Of a stretch of 64,000 bases of DNA, positions 47,923 through 57,586 are shown piece by piece. The DNA lies in NCBI GenBank assembly GCA_028865305.1, contig JAGWKM010000003.1, positions 4,820 through 68,819 of the forward strand, given 5' to 3'. The notes under the pieces are model-generated. The model did not search any database and was not told the origin of the DNA. It worked only from the letters and a program-made list of their open reading frames with translations. Numbering within the stretch: the stretch's first letter is position 1; each line of letters opens with the position of its first letter. Position numbers and translations under genes: made by a program. The stretch comes from Patescibacteria group bacterium (GTDB taxonomy: Bacteria > Patescibacteriota > Minisyncoccia > UBA6257 > 2-01-FULL-56-20).

Positions 47923-49608
47923 ATGGAAAAAAAGAATGGAAAGGGGTGGCAGCCGCTCATCGCGACCGTGGAGCGGATCCAGGACGTAGAATTTCACCCT
48001 GGGCAAATATTCACGGATTTCAGCGGCTCCGAGTTTGCAATTACCGACCAGAAAGAAGGGATGGGGTTCAGGGTTGGCATGCTTTTATCAGCCAAGCCGG
48101 ACAACACTTTGAGAGGTGAAATCCTTAGGGCAAAAAAAATTGTAGTCGTTGGATTTCTCTCGGGTGGGCAACCCGTAGTCCAAATTGACGATGGATTCAT
48201 TGCCGGTTTGACCAGTGATACCATCGGCACATTCAAGATCATCGGCCAGTTTGGTATATCGGCCACGGTGAACGCCGGCGGCAAACGCTTCAACGCTTTT
48301 TTACCCAAAGACCTCGCGGTCGCCGTGGGCGACAGGGTGGCAGTCGATTTATCCGATCCGCAAAAGCCGAGAATCACGGGGAAAGTTGATCCGGATATGC
48401 GATCATCCGGTGGCGCCGCAAGGACTTCGACACCGCGGCTCAACCGGCAGCTCGACCCGACCCATGTCGGTTTTGATGCTGAAAAGCTTGAAACCGATCT
48501 CTCCAAGCGTATCGTCGGCCAGGCCGAAGCCATCAGGCAGGTGGTGAATATTTACCAGACCTATCTGGCAGGCATGGCCGCTTCCGGGCATCCCATCGGG
48601 AATTTCCTTTTTCTCGGGCCGACCGGCACCGGGAAAACCCGCCTCGTGGAGGCAACCGCCGAATCGTTCGTGGGTGACATGCGAGCGGTCGTTAAGATCG
48701 ACTGCGCGGAGTTCCAGCATAGCCACGAGATTGCGAAACTTATCGGCTCGCCCCCGGGATACCTCGGGCATCGCGAAACGCACCCGTTGCTTTCCCAGGA
48801 GGTGCTGAACCAGTATCACACCGAGAAAGTGAAAATCAGCTTTGTCCTTTTCGACGAAATCGAAAAGGCGAGCGACGCCCTCTGGAATCTCCTCTTGGGG
48901 ATTCTCGACAGGGCGACCCTCACGCTCGGCGACAACCGGCGCGTGGATTTTTCCCGGGCGATAATCTTCATGACGAGCAATCTCGGCGCGGCGGAAATGA
49001 GCAACATCCTCCGGCCGAACGTTGGGTTCGCCGCGGGAGAGATTGAACGCAAAGCTGCCGCCGGCATCGCGAATGAAAAATTGAACGTAAAGATCGGCAA
49101 CGCCGGCATCGCGGCTGCCCGCCGGAAATTCACGCCTGAGTTCATGAACCGCATCGATAAGACCGTGGTATTCCGGCCCCTCGGCGAACCCGAGCTCCGG
49201 AAGATCCTCGCGCTCGAGCTGAATATCATCCAGCAGCGGATTTTCAATTCGGCAAGCAGCGCCCCGTTCGTATTTTCATGCACGGAGACCGCGGAGGATT
49301 TTCTCCTGCGCGAAGGCACCGACATGAAATACGGCGCGCGCCACTTGAAACGGGCAATCGACCACAATCTGGTCCATCCGCTTTCAAACCTCATCGCGAC
49401 CAGGCAGGTGTGCGGCGGGGATTTGATCCGAGTGGATTTTGACGGGGATACCCGACGACTGACCTTCTTCAAGGAAGCCGAGGATATGCCCGCCTATGCC
49501 ATGGTGCAGCTGGTGGACACTTCCATCACGCCGCCGCGCGGAACCTTCTCTTCGGGCGCGATAGCCGATCCACCAAATGCGGCAAACGCCCGCGGCGAGC
49601 GCCGCTAG
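47923..49608 (+). CDS. AAA+ ATPase with only the ClpA/B second module, plus an unknown N-terminal region
   Basis: RIVGQ.EA, FLFLGPTGTGKT, KLIGSPPGYLG, VLFDEIEKA, FMTSN, PEFMNRID, YGARHLKR. Confidence 0.88.
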   Translation: MEKKNGKGWQPLIATVERIQDVEFHPGQIFTDFSGSEFAITDQKEGMGFRVGMLLSAKPDNTLRGEILRAKKIVVVGFLSGGQPVVQIDDGFIAGLTSDTIGTFKIIGQFGISATVNAGGKRFNAFLPKDLAVAVGDRVAVDLSDPQKPRITGKVDPDMRSSGGAARTSTPRLNRQLDPTHVGFDAEKLETDLSKRIVGQAEAIRQVVNIYQTYLAGMAASGHPIGNFLFLGPTGTGKTRLVEATAESFVGDMRAVVKIDCAEFQHSHEIAKLIGSPPGYLGHRETHPLLSQEVLNQYHTEKVKISFVLFDEIEKASDALWNLLLGILDRATLTLGDNRRVDFSRAIIFMTSNLGAAEMSNILRPNVGFAAGEIERKAAAGIANEKLNVKIGNAGIAAARRKFTPEFMNRIDKTVVFRPLGEPELRKILALELNIIQQRIFNSASSAPFVFSCTETAEDFLLREGTDMKYGARHLKRAIDHNLVHPLSNLIATRQVCGGDLIRVDFDGDTRRLTFFKEAEDMPAYAMVQLVDTSITPPRGTFSSGAIADPPNAANARGERR

Positions 49609-49629
49609 ACCTTGTTTTTAAGCAGATTT

Positions 49630-49658
49630 TGCCTCCGGCACCCGTCGGAGGCATTTTT
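49630..49658 (+). terminator. Terminator after the AAA+ gene
   Basis: TGCCTCCG-N8-CGGAGGCA-TTTTT. Confidence 0.75.
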
Positions 49659-49703
49659 ATCATCCGCTTCTTTTTGGGAATATTTTGCATTATATTTAGG
49701 AAC

Positions 49704-50966
49704 GTGAAACGCAAGGATTACAAAAAACTGCCGGAGACGCCGGGCGTTTATCTCATGAAAGATACCGGCGGCAAAATCCTCTATGTCGGCAAAGCGGGCA
49801 ACCTGCGCCGGCGGGTTTCAAGCTATTTTGAACGGCCCCATGACGTGCGGATCGAGAAACTGGTAAGCAAGATAGCGAGCATCGATTTTGAAGAAACCGA
49901 TTCGACCCTTGAAGCCCTGATCCGCGAAGCCCGGCTCATCCGCGAACTCACACCGCCCTTCAACGTGAAGGAAAAAGACGATAAGAGTTTTTTATACATC
50001 GAGATCACGAAGGAAAAATTTCCCCGCGTGCTTTTGGCGCGCGGGCATGATGTAGGAACAGGAAACAGGAAACCGGGAACAGGGAACCTATTTGGGCCGT
50101 TTACCTCGGCAACGGGCGCGCGAGAGGCATTGCGGATTTTAAGGAGAATTTTCCCGTGGAGCACGCACGAAACCGAAGGGAAAAGCGGAAAGAAAAAAGA
50201 AAAAAGGGCGTGCTTCGATTACGAACTCGGTCTTTGCCCCGGAACCTGCATCGGCGCCATCAGCGAGCGGGAGTATAAAAAGAACATTGCCCATCTGAAG
50301 CTCTTCCTCGAGGGCAAGAAAAAAAAGCTGATCGCCGCGCTCGAAAAAGAAATGGCGGCGGCGGCCAAAACTATGGAATTCGAAAAAGCGGCAAAACTGC
50401 GCGGCCAGGTTTTTGCGTTGAAGCACATAAGAGATACGGCACTGATGGGGAAAGAGGAGAATGGAGAATGGAGGACGGAAAATGGAACAAGGTTTCGCAT
50501 CGAGGGCTACGACATATCGAATATTTCCGGCACTGCAGCCGTGGGGTCGATGGTGGTTTTCGAAAATGACCAGCCGGATAAAAATGAATACAGGAAGTTC
50601 AAAATAAAAACGGTATTCCAACCCAACGATGTCGGTATGCTCACGGAAATGCTTGAGCGGCGTTTTCGCCATTCTCCCGTTCTCCGTTCTCCGTTCTCCA
50701 TTTTGCACCCATGGCCTCTCCCCGGCCTCATCCTCATCGACGGCGGTTTGGCGCAGGTGAATGCGGCAAACAAAGTGCTGCTCCGCGCCGGGCTGAAAAT
50801 ACCGGTCGTCGGTATCGCGAAAGGCCCGGAACGGAAGCGGAACGACATCATCGGCCTCGTGCCGAAGGGCGTAAAAAAGGAAACACTGATCCGGGTGCGG
50901 AACGAGGCGCACAGGTTCGCGATCAGTTATCACAAAAAATTGAGAGGCGTAAACGCGCTGCATTGA
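49704..50966 (+). CDS. uvrC: Excinuclease ABC subunit C, compact (no C-terminal HhH)
   Basis: PGVYLM, YVGKAGNLRRRVSSYF, IEGYDISN, LIDGG, RNEAHRFA; GTG start. Confidence 0.93.
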   Translation: MKRKDYKKLPETPGVYLMKDTGGKILYVGKAGNLRRRVSSYFERPHDVRIEKLVSKIASIDFEETDSTLEALIREARLIRELTPPFNVKEKDDKSFLYIEITKEKFPRVLLARGHDVGTGNRKPGTGNLFGPFTSATGAREALRILRRIFPWSTHETEGKSGKKKEKRACFDYELGLCPGTCIGAISEREYKKNIAHLKLFLEGKKKKLIAALEKEMAAAAKTMEFEKAAKLRGQVFALKHIRDTALMGKEENGEWRTENGTRFRIEGYDISNISGTAAVGSMVVFENDQPDKNEYRKFKIKTVFQPNDVGMLTEMLERRFRHSPVLRSPFSILHPWPLPGLILIDGGLAQVNAANKVLLRAGLKIPVVGIAKGPERKRNDIIGLVPKGVKKETLIRVRNEAHRFAISYHKKLRGVNALH

Positions 50967-51074
50967 CGAAGAGAACGGCGGTTTGCCTTTGGAAGCATCT
51001 TGCGGCCGTGTCGCTTCCGGACGACGCACACGGTCCTTCCGCACCCAAAAACCTTGACACTTCGTAAAAAAAAC

Positions 51075-51506
51075 ATGGATTCTCCTAAGAAAAATGGTGG
51101 GATATGGGACATGGGACATGGAAAGCCGTTCCTCGACGGACCGGAGCCTTCGGACACGCTCGCTCCCCGGATTCTGCATTGCATTGAAGATCGCGAGCGG
51201 CGGGATTTGCGCATGAAAATGGCCGTCTTTGGGGCAATGTTCATGGGTTCGCTTTCGGCGGCCGTTGCCGGTTTTTTGAATTTCGGGGCCCAGGTTTCGC
51301 AGTCCGGCTTTTTATCATTCGCCTCACTTTGGTTTTCTGATTTTTCGGCGGCCATTGCCAATTGGTCTGACATGCTCTCTTCAATGGTGGAATCATTTCC
51401 GGCCTTGCCCGCGGCATTGGTCCTGGGCGGCGTTGCGTTTGCAGCTTGGTCGGCCGGGAAGCTGGTTTCTGAAATAACCCTCATGCGGATGCACCGGCTG
51501 TCATGA
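51075..51506 (+). CDS. Hypothetical membrane protein (anti-sigma-like N-terminus)
   Basis: PEPSDTLAPRIL..I followed by TMs; ATGA overlap with the next gene. Confidence 0.6.
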   Translation: MDSPKKNGGIWDMGHGKPFLDGPEPSDTLAPRILHCIEDRERRDLRMKMAVFGAMFMGSLSAAVAGFLNFGAQVSQSGFLSFASLWFSDFSAAIANWSDMLSSMVESFPALPAALVLGGVAFAAWSAGKLVSEITLMRMHRLS

Positions 51507-51964
51507 AAAACTTCCTCGAATCAAAAAATGTCCGCGCCGTTATTTTTATCCTCGGCGGCATTGCGGCAGCCCTTTTGGTATTCAGCGCCGGCGTGGCGGT
51601 CGGCGAGCGTAAAGCGATTTTCTCGGCGGCATGGGGAAAAAATTATGGCCGGTTCTTTTTTACCGCGGGACCGCCGCCGGGCGCGATCGGCGTCATGGTC
51701 CAGCGCGGGCCCTGGAACACCCATGGCGTGGCCGGCCAGGTCATTGATGTTTCAAGTTCATCGTTCATGGTGAAGGATCCGGACAACGACGAACGGTCGA
51801 TCGCGATCACGTCGGGCACGGTCATCCGCGATGCGAACCAGGTGATTCCGCTCGATAACATCGATCCCGGATACCAGGTGGTCGTCATCGGGCAGCCGAA
51901 CGCAAGCGGCCAGGTCGAGGCGAGATTCGTAAGAGTGTTTGAAGTGTCGAGTTCGCCGCAATAA
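51503..51964 (+). CDS. Membrane-anchored protein with DUF5666-like beta domain
   Basis: TM; HGVAGQV...VVVIG.PN..GQVEARFVR. Confidence 0.7.
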   Translation: MKNFLESKNVRAVIFILGGIAAALLVFSAGVAVGERKAIFSAAWGKNYGRFFFTAGPPPGAIGVMVQRGPWNTHGVAGQVIDVSSSSFMVKDPDNDERSIAITSGTVIRDANQVIPLDNIDPGYQVVVIGQPNASGQVEARFVRVFEVSSSPQ

Positions 51965-51967
51965 CCC

Positions 51968-53812
51968 ATGTCCAAATTCAAATTATTCATCAAATCGCAT
52001 CGGGTTGCCTCGATCATCGTCCTTATCGTTGCCCTTGCCGGTTGCTATTACTGGTACCGCAGCGCGCAAAGCGCTTCGGCGCCGGCACGGTATGTAGTTG
52101 CCGCGGCCAAGCCGGGAACCGTGATTGCCTCGGTGCAGGGGAGCGGCCAGGTGGATTCGGTGACATCGATCAACGTGAACCCCCAGGTGACGGAGACGGT
52201 GACCGGCGTTTACGTCCAGCCCGGCGATTACGTCCGCGCCGGCCAGCTATTGGTACAGCTCGATCCGACGAATGAACAAAAGGCCCTGCGGCAGGCGGAG
52301 CTTTCGCTGCAGTCAGCCCAAATATCACTTTCCAAACTGCAGGAGGCGCCTGCCACGACCACGCTCGTCCAGGATCAAAATGCCGTTACGCAGGCAGAAG
52401 ACCAATTGAACACCGCCTCCGCAACACTCCAAAGGGATTATCAGTCGGGTTTTGATACTTTGACCGCCACATTCACCGACCTGCAGAATATCATCACCGG
52501 CGTCCAGAATTTCGTTCAGGGCGCTGACGTGAATAAGATCCAGGCCGATCCGGATGCCTATGTGAACCTGATGCCGAATTACCTAACCGCGCAAGCTCTG
52601 CCGTATCGCAACAACATTTATTCCGCATTCCAAACGGCAACCGCGGCATACCAAAACAACCTGGTTGATTTCCACGCCGCAGACCGGAATTCAAGTCCGG
52701 CAATCATCGATGCGCTCCTTGCGGAAACGGCGAGTACCGCGAAGAATATTTCAAATAGCGTGAAATCGGTGAAGGATCTCCTGAATTTCGTCGTCAATAA
52801 CTATCCATCTTCCTCAAGCACCAACCCGCTGCCGCAGGTCACGAACACGTATCAAACGAATTTCGGCAATTATACAAATACGATCAACACCGATATTTCG
52901 AATCTGCTCGGCGCTCAAAATACGATTTCGTCCGACAAGACCGCAATTAAAAATGCCCAGCTTTCGCTGAATGAAGCGCAAAATACGCTCACGGCGCTCT
53001 TGGCTGGCCCCGATACGCTTGATGTGCAATCACAGAACATTTCGATTCAGCAACAGCAGCTTTCCCTGCAAACGGCCCAGCAGAATCTGGACAATACTTC
53101 GATCCGTGCGCCGATTTCCGGCGTGATTTCCGCCGTGAGCGCCGTGGCGGGAGAAAGCGTAGCTTCGCCGGCAGTGACCATGGTTGGCTCGGATAAGGTG
53201 GCGGAAGTGACGTTGAACGAAGTGGATGCGGCGAAAGTGAGCTTGGGCCAGCAAGCGGCGCTGAGTTTCGACGCGCTGCCGAATCTGTCGCTCGCGGGGA
53301 AAGTAGTGGAAGTGGATCCGGTCGGCACCGTGTCGCAGGGCGTCGTGAATTACAACGTGAAGATCAGTTTTGCGAGCGCGGCTTCCGCGACGAGCACGGA
53401 CCAAGTGAAGCCCGGCATGAGCGTGACGGCGAATATCATAACGCAAGCCGACCAGAATGTGGTGACCGTGCCGAACTCGGCGTTGCTTACCGTCGGTTCG
53501 CAAAAATTCATCATGGTACCGGCTTCACCGCTATCGGCCGAAGAATTGGCGTCCAGCTCCGCCGTCGGGATTGAACTCGCGGCGGCACCGGTACGTGTTC
53601 CGGTCGCAACGGGAATTTCAAACAGCAACGTGACTGAGATCACATCCGGTTTGAATGTCGGCGACCAATATATAGCAAGGACCATTTCAGGTTCCGCCGG
53701 AACGGGCGGGGCGGGAACGAATGCGCTGCGCACGCTTGGCGGCGGCGCAGGCGGAGCATTCTTCGGAGGCGGCGCGGTCCGAGTCGGCGGAGGAGGACGT
53801 GTTGGCGGATGA
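51968..53812 (+). CDS. Efflux periplasmic adaptor (MacA/HlyD family)
   Basis: V.PGD.V.AGQLL..LD, long coiled coil, IRAPISGVI, PGMSV.A, EITSGL. Confidence 0.9.
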   Translation: MSKFKLFIKSHRVASIIVLIVALAGCYYWYRSAQSASAPARYVVAAAKPGTVIASVQGSGQVDSVTSINVNPQVTETVTGVYVQPGDYVRAGQLLVQLDPTNEQKALRQAELSLQSAQISLSKLQEAPATTTLVQDQNAVTQAEDQLNTASATLQRDYQSGFDTLTATFTDLQNIITGVQNFVQGADVNKIQADPDAYVNLMPNYLTAQALPYRNNIYSAFQTATAAYQNNLVDFHAADRNSSPAIIDALLAETASTAKNISNSVKSVKDLLNFVVNNYPSSSSTNPLPQVTNTYQTNFGNYTNTINTDISNLLGAQNTISSDKTAIKNAQLSLNEAQNTLTALLAGPDTLDVQSQNISIQQQQLSLQTAQQNLDNTSIRAPISGVISAVSAVAGESVASPAVTMVGSDKVAEVTLNEVDAAKVSLGQQAALSFDALPNLSLAGKVVEVDPVGTVSQGVVNYNVKISFASAASATSTDQVKPGMSVTANIITQADQNVVTVPNSALLTVGSQKFIMVPASPLSAEELASSSAVGIELAAAPVRVPVATGISNSNVTEITSGLNVGDQYIARTISGSAGTGGAGTNALRTLGGGAGGAFFGGGAVRVGGGGRVGG

Positions 53813-53853
53813 CCTTTCTGTCATGCTGATGCTCTGCCGAAGAATCTTATCTG

Positions 53854-53998
53854 AAATTTCTAATATCTAATTAATAATTAATAACGAATGTCTAAAGTTA
53901 AATTTCCAACGGACATTTGGCATTACACATTCGTTATTAATTAGTCATTATTAATTAGATATTTCCCCAACAACACATTCGTTATTAATTAGAAATTT
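53854..53998 (+). repeat. AT-rich armed element, copy A4
   Basis: Same arms and AAAGTTAAATTTCCAACGGACATT and TCCCCAACAA cores as A1. Confidence 0.95.
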
Positions 53999-54040
53999 GG
54001 AGCGTTATTGATTGATTACCCGGCGCAAAACCAACGAGCG

Positions 54041-54763
54041 ATGAAAAATATTATTGATTGCAAAAACATCCAAAAGACTTACGGCGCAGGCGACACGGCG
54101 ACCGTGGTCCTGAAGGGCGTAACGTTCTCCGTAAAGGAGGGGGAGTTTGTGGCGATCATGGGGCCGTCCGGTTCCGGCAAATCAACGTTGATGCACATCA
54201 TCGGCTGTCTCGATACGCCGACCGGCGGGGAATATTTGATTGACGGCAGGGATGTTTCCAAGTTAAGCGATGACGAACTTGCCGATATCCGTCGCGAGAA
54301 GATCGGTTTCGTCTTCCAGGCGTTTAATCTTTTGCCGCGAACGACTGTCCTGCGGAATGTTTCGTTGCCGCTCATTTATGAAGGTGTCGAGAAAACGAAA
54401 CGCGAAGGGATTGCCGAAAGGGCATTGGCCGATTCCGCTTTTCCGCAGAAATTTTGGTACCACCATTCAAACCAGCTTAGCGGCGGTATGATGCAGCGCG
54501 TGGCGATCGCCCGGTCGCTCGTCAATAATCCGGCGCTCATTTTGGCGGACGAGCCGACCGGCAACCTGGATTCAAAGACCGGCGAGACCGTCCTCGGTAC
54601 GTTCCAAAACCTGAATGAGAAGCAAGGCAAGACGATCGTCTTGATCACCCATGAGCGCTATGTCGCCGAACACGCCGACCGGATCATCCATATTTTAGAC
54701 GGGAAGATCGTGCAGGAGGAGTCGAATGGCGTGCACCAGAGGAAAGCGACAATCAATGTCTAA
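54041..54763 (+). CDS. ABC ATP-binding protein (MacB/LolD-like)
   Basis: GPSGSGKST, GFVFQAFNLL, LSGG, LADEPTGNLD. Confidence 0.95.
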   Translation: MKNIIDCKNIQKTYGAGDTATVVLKGVTFSVKEGEFVAIMGPSGSGKSTLMHIIGCLDTPTGGEYLIDGRDVSKLSDDELADIRREKIGFVFQAFNLLPRTTVLRNVSLPLIYEGVEKTKREGIAERALADSAFPQKFWYHHSNQLSGGMMQRVAIARSLVNNPALILADEPTGNLDSKTGETVLGTFQNLNEKQGKTIVLITHERYVAEHADRIIHILDGKIVQEESNGVHQRKATINV

Positions 54764-54906
54764 TGTCTAATTAATAATTAATAACGAATGTGTAAAGTTA
54801 AATTTCCAACGGACATTCGGACATTATCCATTCGTTATTAATTATTAATTAGATATTTCCCCAACAATCCATTCGTTATTAATTAGGCATTATTAATTAG
54901 AAATTA
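54755..54906 (+). repeat. AT-rich armed element, copy A5
   Basis: Near-identical to A1; supplies the TAA of the upstream gene and ends 3 nt before the next ATG. Confidence 0.95.
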
Positions 54907-54909
54907 CGT

Positions 54910-56154
54910 ATGACGACCAGCGATATTTTTGAAGAAACTTATTCAGCCGTGACGGTCAATAAGGTCAGATCGGGCTTAACGATGCTCGGCATCGTGATCG
55001 GCATCGCTTCGGTGATCGCCTTGACCGCCGTCGGCCAGGGCGCCCAAAGTTCGATCCAGTCAAGCATTCAATCGCTTGGCTCGAACCTGCTCATCGTAAT
55101 GCCGGGCGCTTCGAAATCATTCGGTTCCACGGTGAGTGCGGGTCTCGGCAGTGCTGAAACGTTAACGCCGGATGATGCCACGGCCATCAGTCAATTGCCC
55201 GGCGTGAGCGCCGTCGCGCAAGAAGTGAGCGGCCGCTATCAGGTCGTCTACGCAGGCACCAACACGAACGTCAGCGTTCTCGGCACCACGTCCGCTTATC
55301 CCATCGTGCGCAACGTACAGATCGACCAGGGAAATTTCATCACCGACCAGGATGTCGCCGAATCGAACCGTATTGCGGTAATCGGCCCGACCGTTTTGCA
55401 AACATTATGGAATCCGTCAGGCAATGCGACAGCCACGCCCGACATGGCAATCGGCCAGATGATCCGCATCAAAGGTGTTGATTTTACCGTTATCGGCGTG
55501 ACAGTTTCAAAAGGCGGCACCGGCTTCAATAACCAGGACAATATGATTTACGTGCCGCTCTCAACCGCCCAGCATTATCTCATTGGAAACAGTTCTTATA
55601 TCACCGAAGCCGACGTGGAGGCCCAGGATGCGCAATCAATGACGAACGTGCAGGATGAAATTACGCAGCTTTTACTCCAGCGGCACAATATCAGCGACCC
55701 GACGCAAGCCGATTTCAACGTACTGAACCAGGCGGATATCGTCGCGGCCGCTTCATCTGTTACTGGAACTTTCACGACTTTGCTTGCCGCGATCGCCGGC
55801 ATTTCGCTCCTCGTCGGCGGCATCGGCATCATGAACATGATGCTCACGACCGTCACCGAGCGAACGCGCGAAATCGGCTTGCGCAAGGCGATTGGCGCCA
55901 AGCGGCACGATATCACGATGCAATTCCTGGCCGAATCCGTTACGCTCACGTTCGGTGGCGGCGCTATTGGCATTATCCTCGGTTGGCTTGGCGCAATCGC
56001 GATATCTTCGTTCACCGGTACCGCAACAACCATTTCGCTCGGTTCGATCATTTTGGCTTTCTGTGTCTCTGCCGGAATCGGGATCGTGTTCGGCTATTAT
56101 CCGGCAAGGCGGGCGGCAGGGCTGAATCCGATAGAAGCTCTGAGATATGAGTGA
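54910..56154 (+). CDS. ABC permease (MacB/FtsX family)
   Basis: RSGLTMLGIVIG, GGIGIMNMML..VTERTREIGLRKAIGA, PIEALRYE. Confidence 0.95.
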   Translation: MTTSDIFEETYSAVTVNKVRSGLTMLGIVIGIASVIALTAVGQGAQSSIQSSIQSLGSNLLIVMPGASKSFGSTVSAGLGSAETLTPDDATAISQLPGVSAVAQEVSGRYQVVYAGTNTNVSVLGTTSAYPIVRNVQIDQGNFITDQDVAESNRIAVIGPTVLQTLWNPSGNATATPDMAIGQMIRIKGVDFTVIGVTVSKGGTGFNNQDNMIYVPLSTAQHYLIGNSSYITEADVEAQDAQSMTNVQDEITQLLLQRHNISDPTQADFNVLNQADIVAAASSVTGTFTTLLAAIAGISLLVGGIGIMNMMLTTVTERTREIGLRKAIGAKRHDITMQFLAESVTLTFGGGAIGIILGWLGAIAISSFTGTATTISLGSIILAFCVSAGIGIVFGYYPARRAAGLNPIEALRYE

Positions 56155-56231
56155 AATGTTCCTGGCATCCCGAACTTGCTGCATCCGCCATGGCTTTAGC
56201 GAGGGCGGAGCCCGGGATCTAGAGCGTTCAC

Positions 56232-56388
56232 ATGACTAATTAATAATATCTAATTAATAACGAATGCATTGTTGGGGAAATTTCTAATTAATAATATCTA
56301 ATTAATAACGAATGAATAATGTTCGAATGTCCGTTGGAAATTTAACCTTGGACATTCGTTATTAATTATTAATTAGATATTAGAAATT
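56232..56388 (-). repeat. AT-rich armed element, copy A6 (inverted)
   Basis: Contains GTTGGGGAAATTTCTAATT and GTCCGTTGGAAATTTAACCTTGGACATTCG, the reverse complement of the A1 core. Confidence 0.95.
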
Positions 56389-56417
56389 ACAAAAGGTCGT
56401 CGATACAGAAACAAATT

Positions 56418-56870
56418 ATGAAAAAATCAACAGTCATTATCATTGCAGTTGTCTTCGCCGTAGCCGCTTTCGTGGCTGGCATGTTCTACGGCAAATCCTC
56501 AACTGCGGTTTCGCCGCAGGCAGCTTTGAATGGCAACGGCGGCACATTCACGCGCCGGTTCGCGGCAGGCGGGGCTGCGGGTGCGGCAAATATCATCGCC
56601 GGACAGATCATTTCGGAAAACGGCCAAAGCGTGACCATCCAATTGCCGGACGGTAATTCGCAGGTTGTTTATTTCTCACCATCAACCGAGATCACGATGG
56701 TGAAAGTAGCTTCCGGAACGGCAAGCGCCCTCGCCGTTGGCACCGACATCATCGTGACGAGCAGCACCAAAGATTCAAGCGGCGTCGTCACGGCGAATGC
56801 TATCCAAGTTCGCCAAGGAGGTGCCGGGGGCATGCTCTATCGCGTCGGCGCAGGAATAAATGGCGGTTAA
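56418..56870 (+). CDS. Membrane-anchored protein with DUF5666-like domain
   Basis: AFVAGMFYG; GQII...TIQLPDG.SQVV...VTANAIQ. Confidence 0.7.
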   Translation: MKKSTVIIIAVVFAVAAFVAGMFYGKSSTAVSPQAALNGNGGTFTRRFAAGGAAGAANIIAGQIISENGQSVTIQLPDGNSQVVYFSPSTEITMVKVASGTASALAVGTDIIVTSSTKDSSGVVTANAIQVRQGGAGGMLYRVGAGINGG

Positions 56871-56983
56871 CGCGTTAATGCTGCTTTTGAATCAAGATCC
56901 CGTTTTTTGCTCTGGTCGGGCCAAAAACGGGATTTTCAATGAAGAATAATTGTGTTTTCCATTGGTAAATTTAAGATTGATTT

Positions 56984-57586
56984 ATGCGACGGAGACTGTT
57001 TTTCGCTTTAAATGTGGACGAGCGGACGAAGGAAGCGATCCAAAAATCGATTGCAGGCTTAAGGCCGGAATTCGACCGCCGGTTCCGTTTTGTGCCGCCG
57101 GAAAACTGGCATATCACTGTTTCATTTCTGGGGGCGCAGGATAACGGGCGGCTGACGAACATCATGAGGGCGGCAAAGGAAGCGGCAAAACATTTTGAAC
57201 CGATGGTCGTAACGTTCGAGCGGCTGCAATTCGGGCCGGATGACCGCCATCCGCGGATGATCTGGATGGCAACCGACCAGGGCACTTCGGGGCAAATCGG
57301 GGAATTGAAGGGTGAACTCGAGGCCCGGCTTGCCGGGAACGGCGTCTCCTTCGAACGCGAATCGCGGCCGTTTGCGGGGCATATCACTTTGGCGCGGACT
57401 TCCCGAAACGGAACTATGTCCGATGCCGGCAGAACGGTACCGGGCACCGTCCCATTTCAGGCGGGACCCCTTCACCTAAAATGCACAATTGATAGTATAG
57501 ATTTAATGGAATCAGAATTGAAAAAGAGCGGCTCGGAATATGCAATTTTGCAGAACTTTCACTTAGCAGGAAGCAGCGAGGATTAG
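56984..57586 (+). CDS. thpR: RNA 2',3'-cyclic phosphodiesterase (2H family)
   Basis: RLFFA, HITV and HITL 2H motifs, LMES.L. Confidence 0.9.
   Translation: MRRRLFFALNVDERTKEAIQKSIAGLRPEFDRRFRFVPPENWHITVSFLGAQDNGRLTNIMRAAKEAAKHFEPMVVTFERLQFGPDDRHPRMIWMATDQGTSGQIGELKGELEARLAGNGVSFERESRPFAGHITLARTSRNGTMSDAGRTVPGTVPFQAGPLHLKCTIDSIDLMESELKKSGSEYAILQNFHLAGSSED

Noticed and set aside
53854..56388. CRISPR array interpretation of the AT-rich repeats
   Set aside because: Repeats are about 150 bp, occur in both orientations and are separated by whole genes; no cas genes.
23977..56388. Integron attC sites
   Set aside because: They have AAC...GTT inverted cores, but TAATAAC/GTTATTA do not fit RYYYAAC/GTTRRRY, orientation is mixed, flanked genes are ordinary operon members and no integrase is present.
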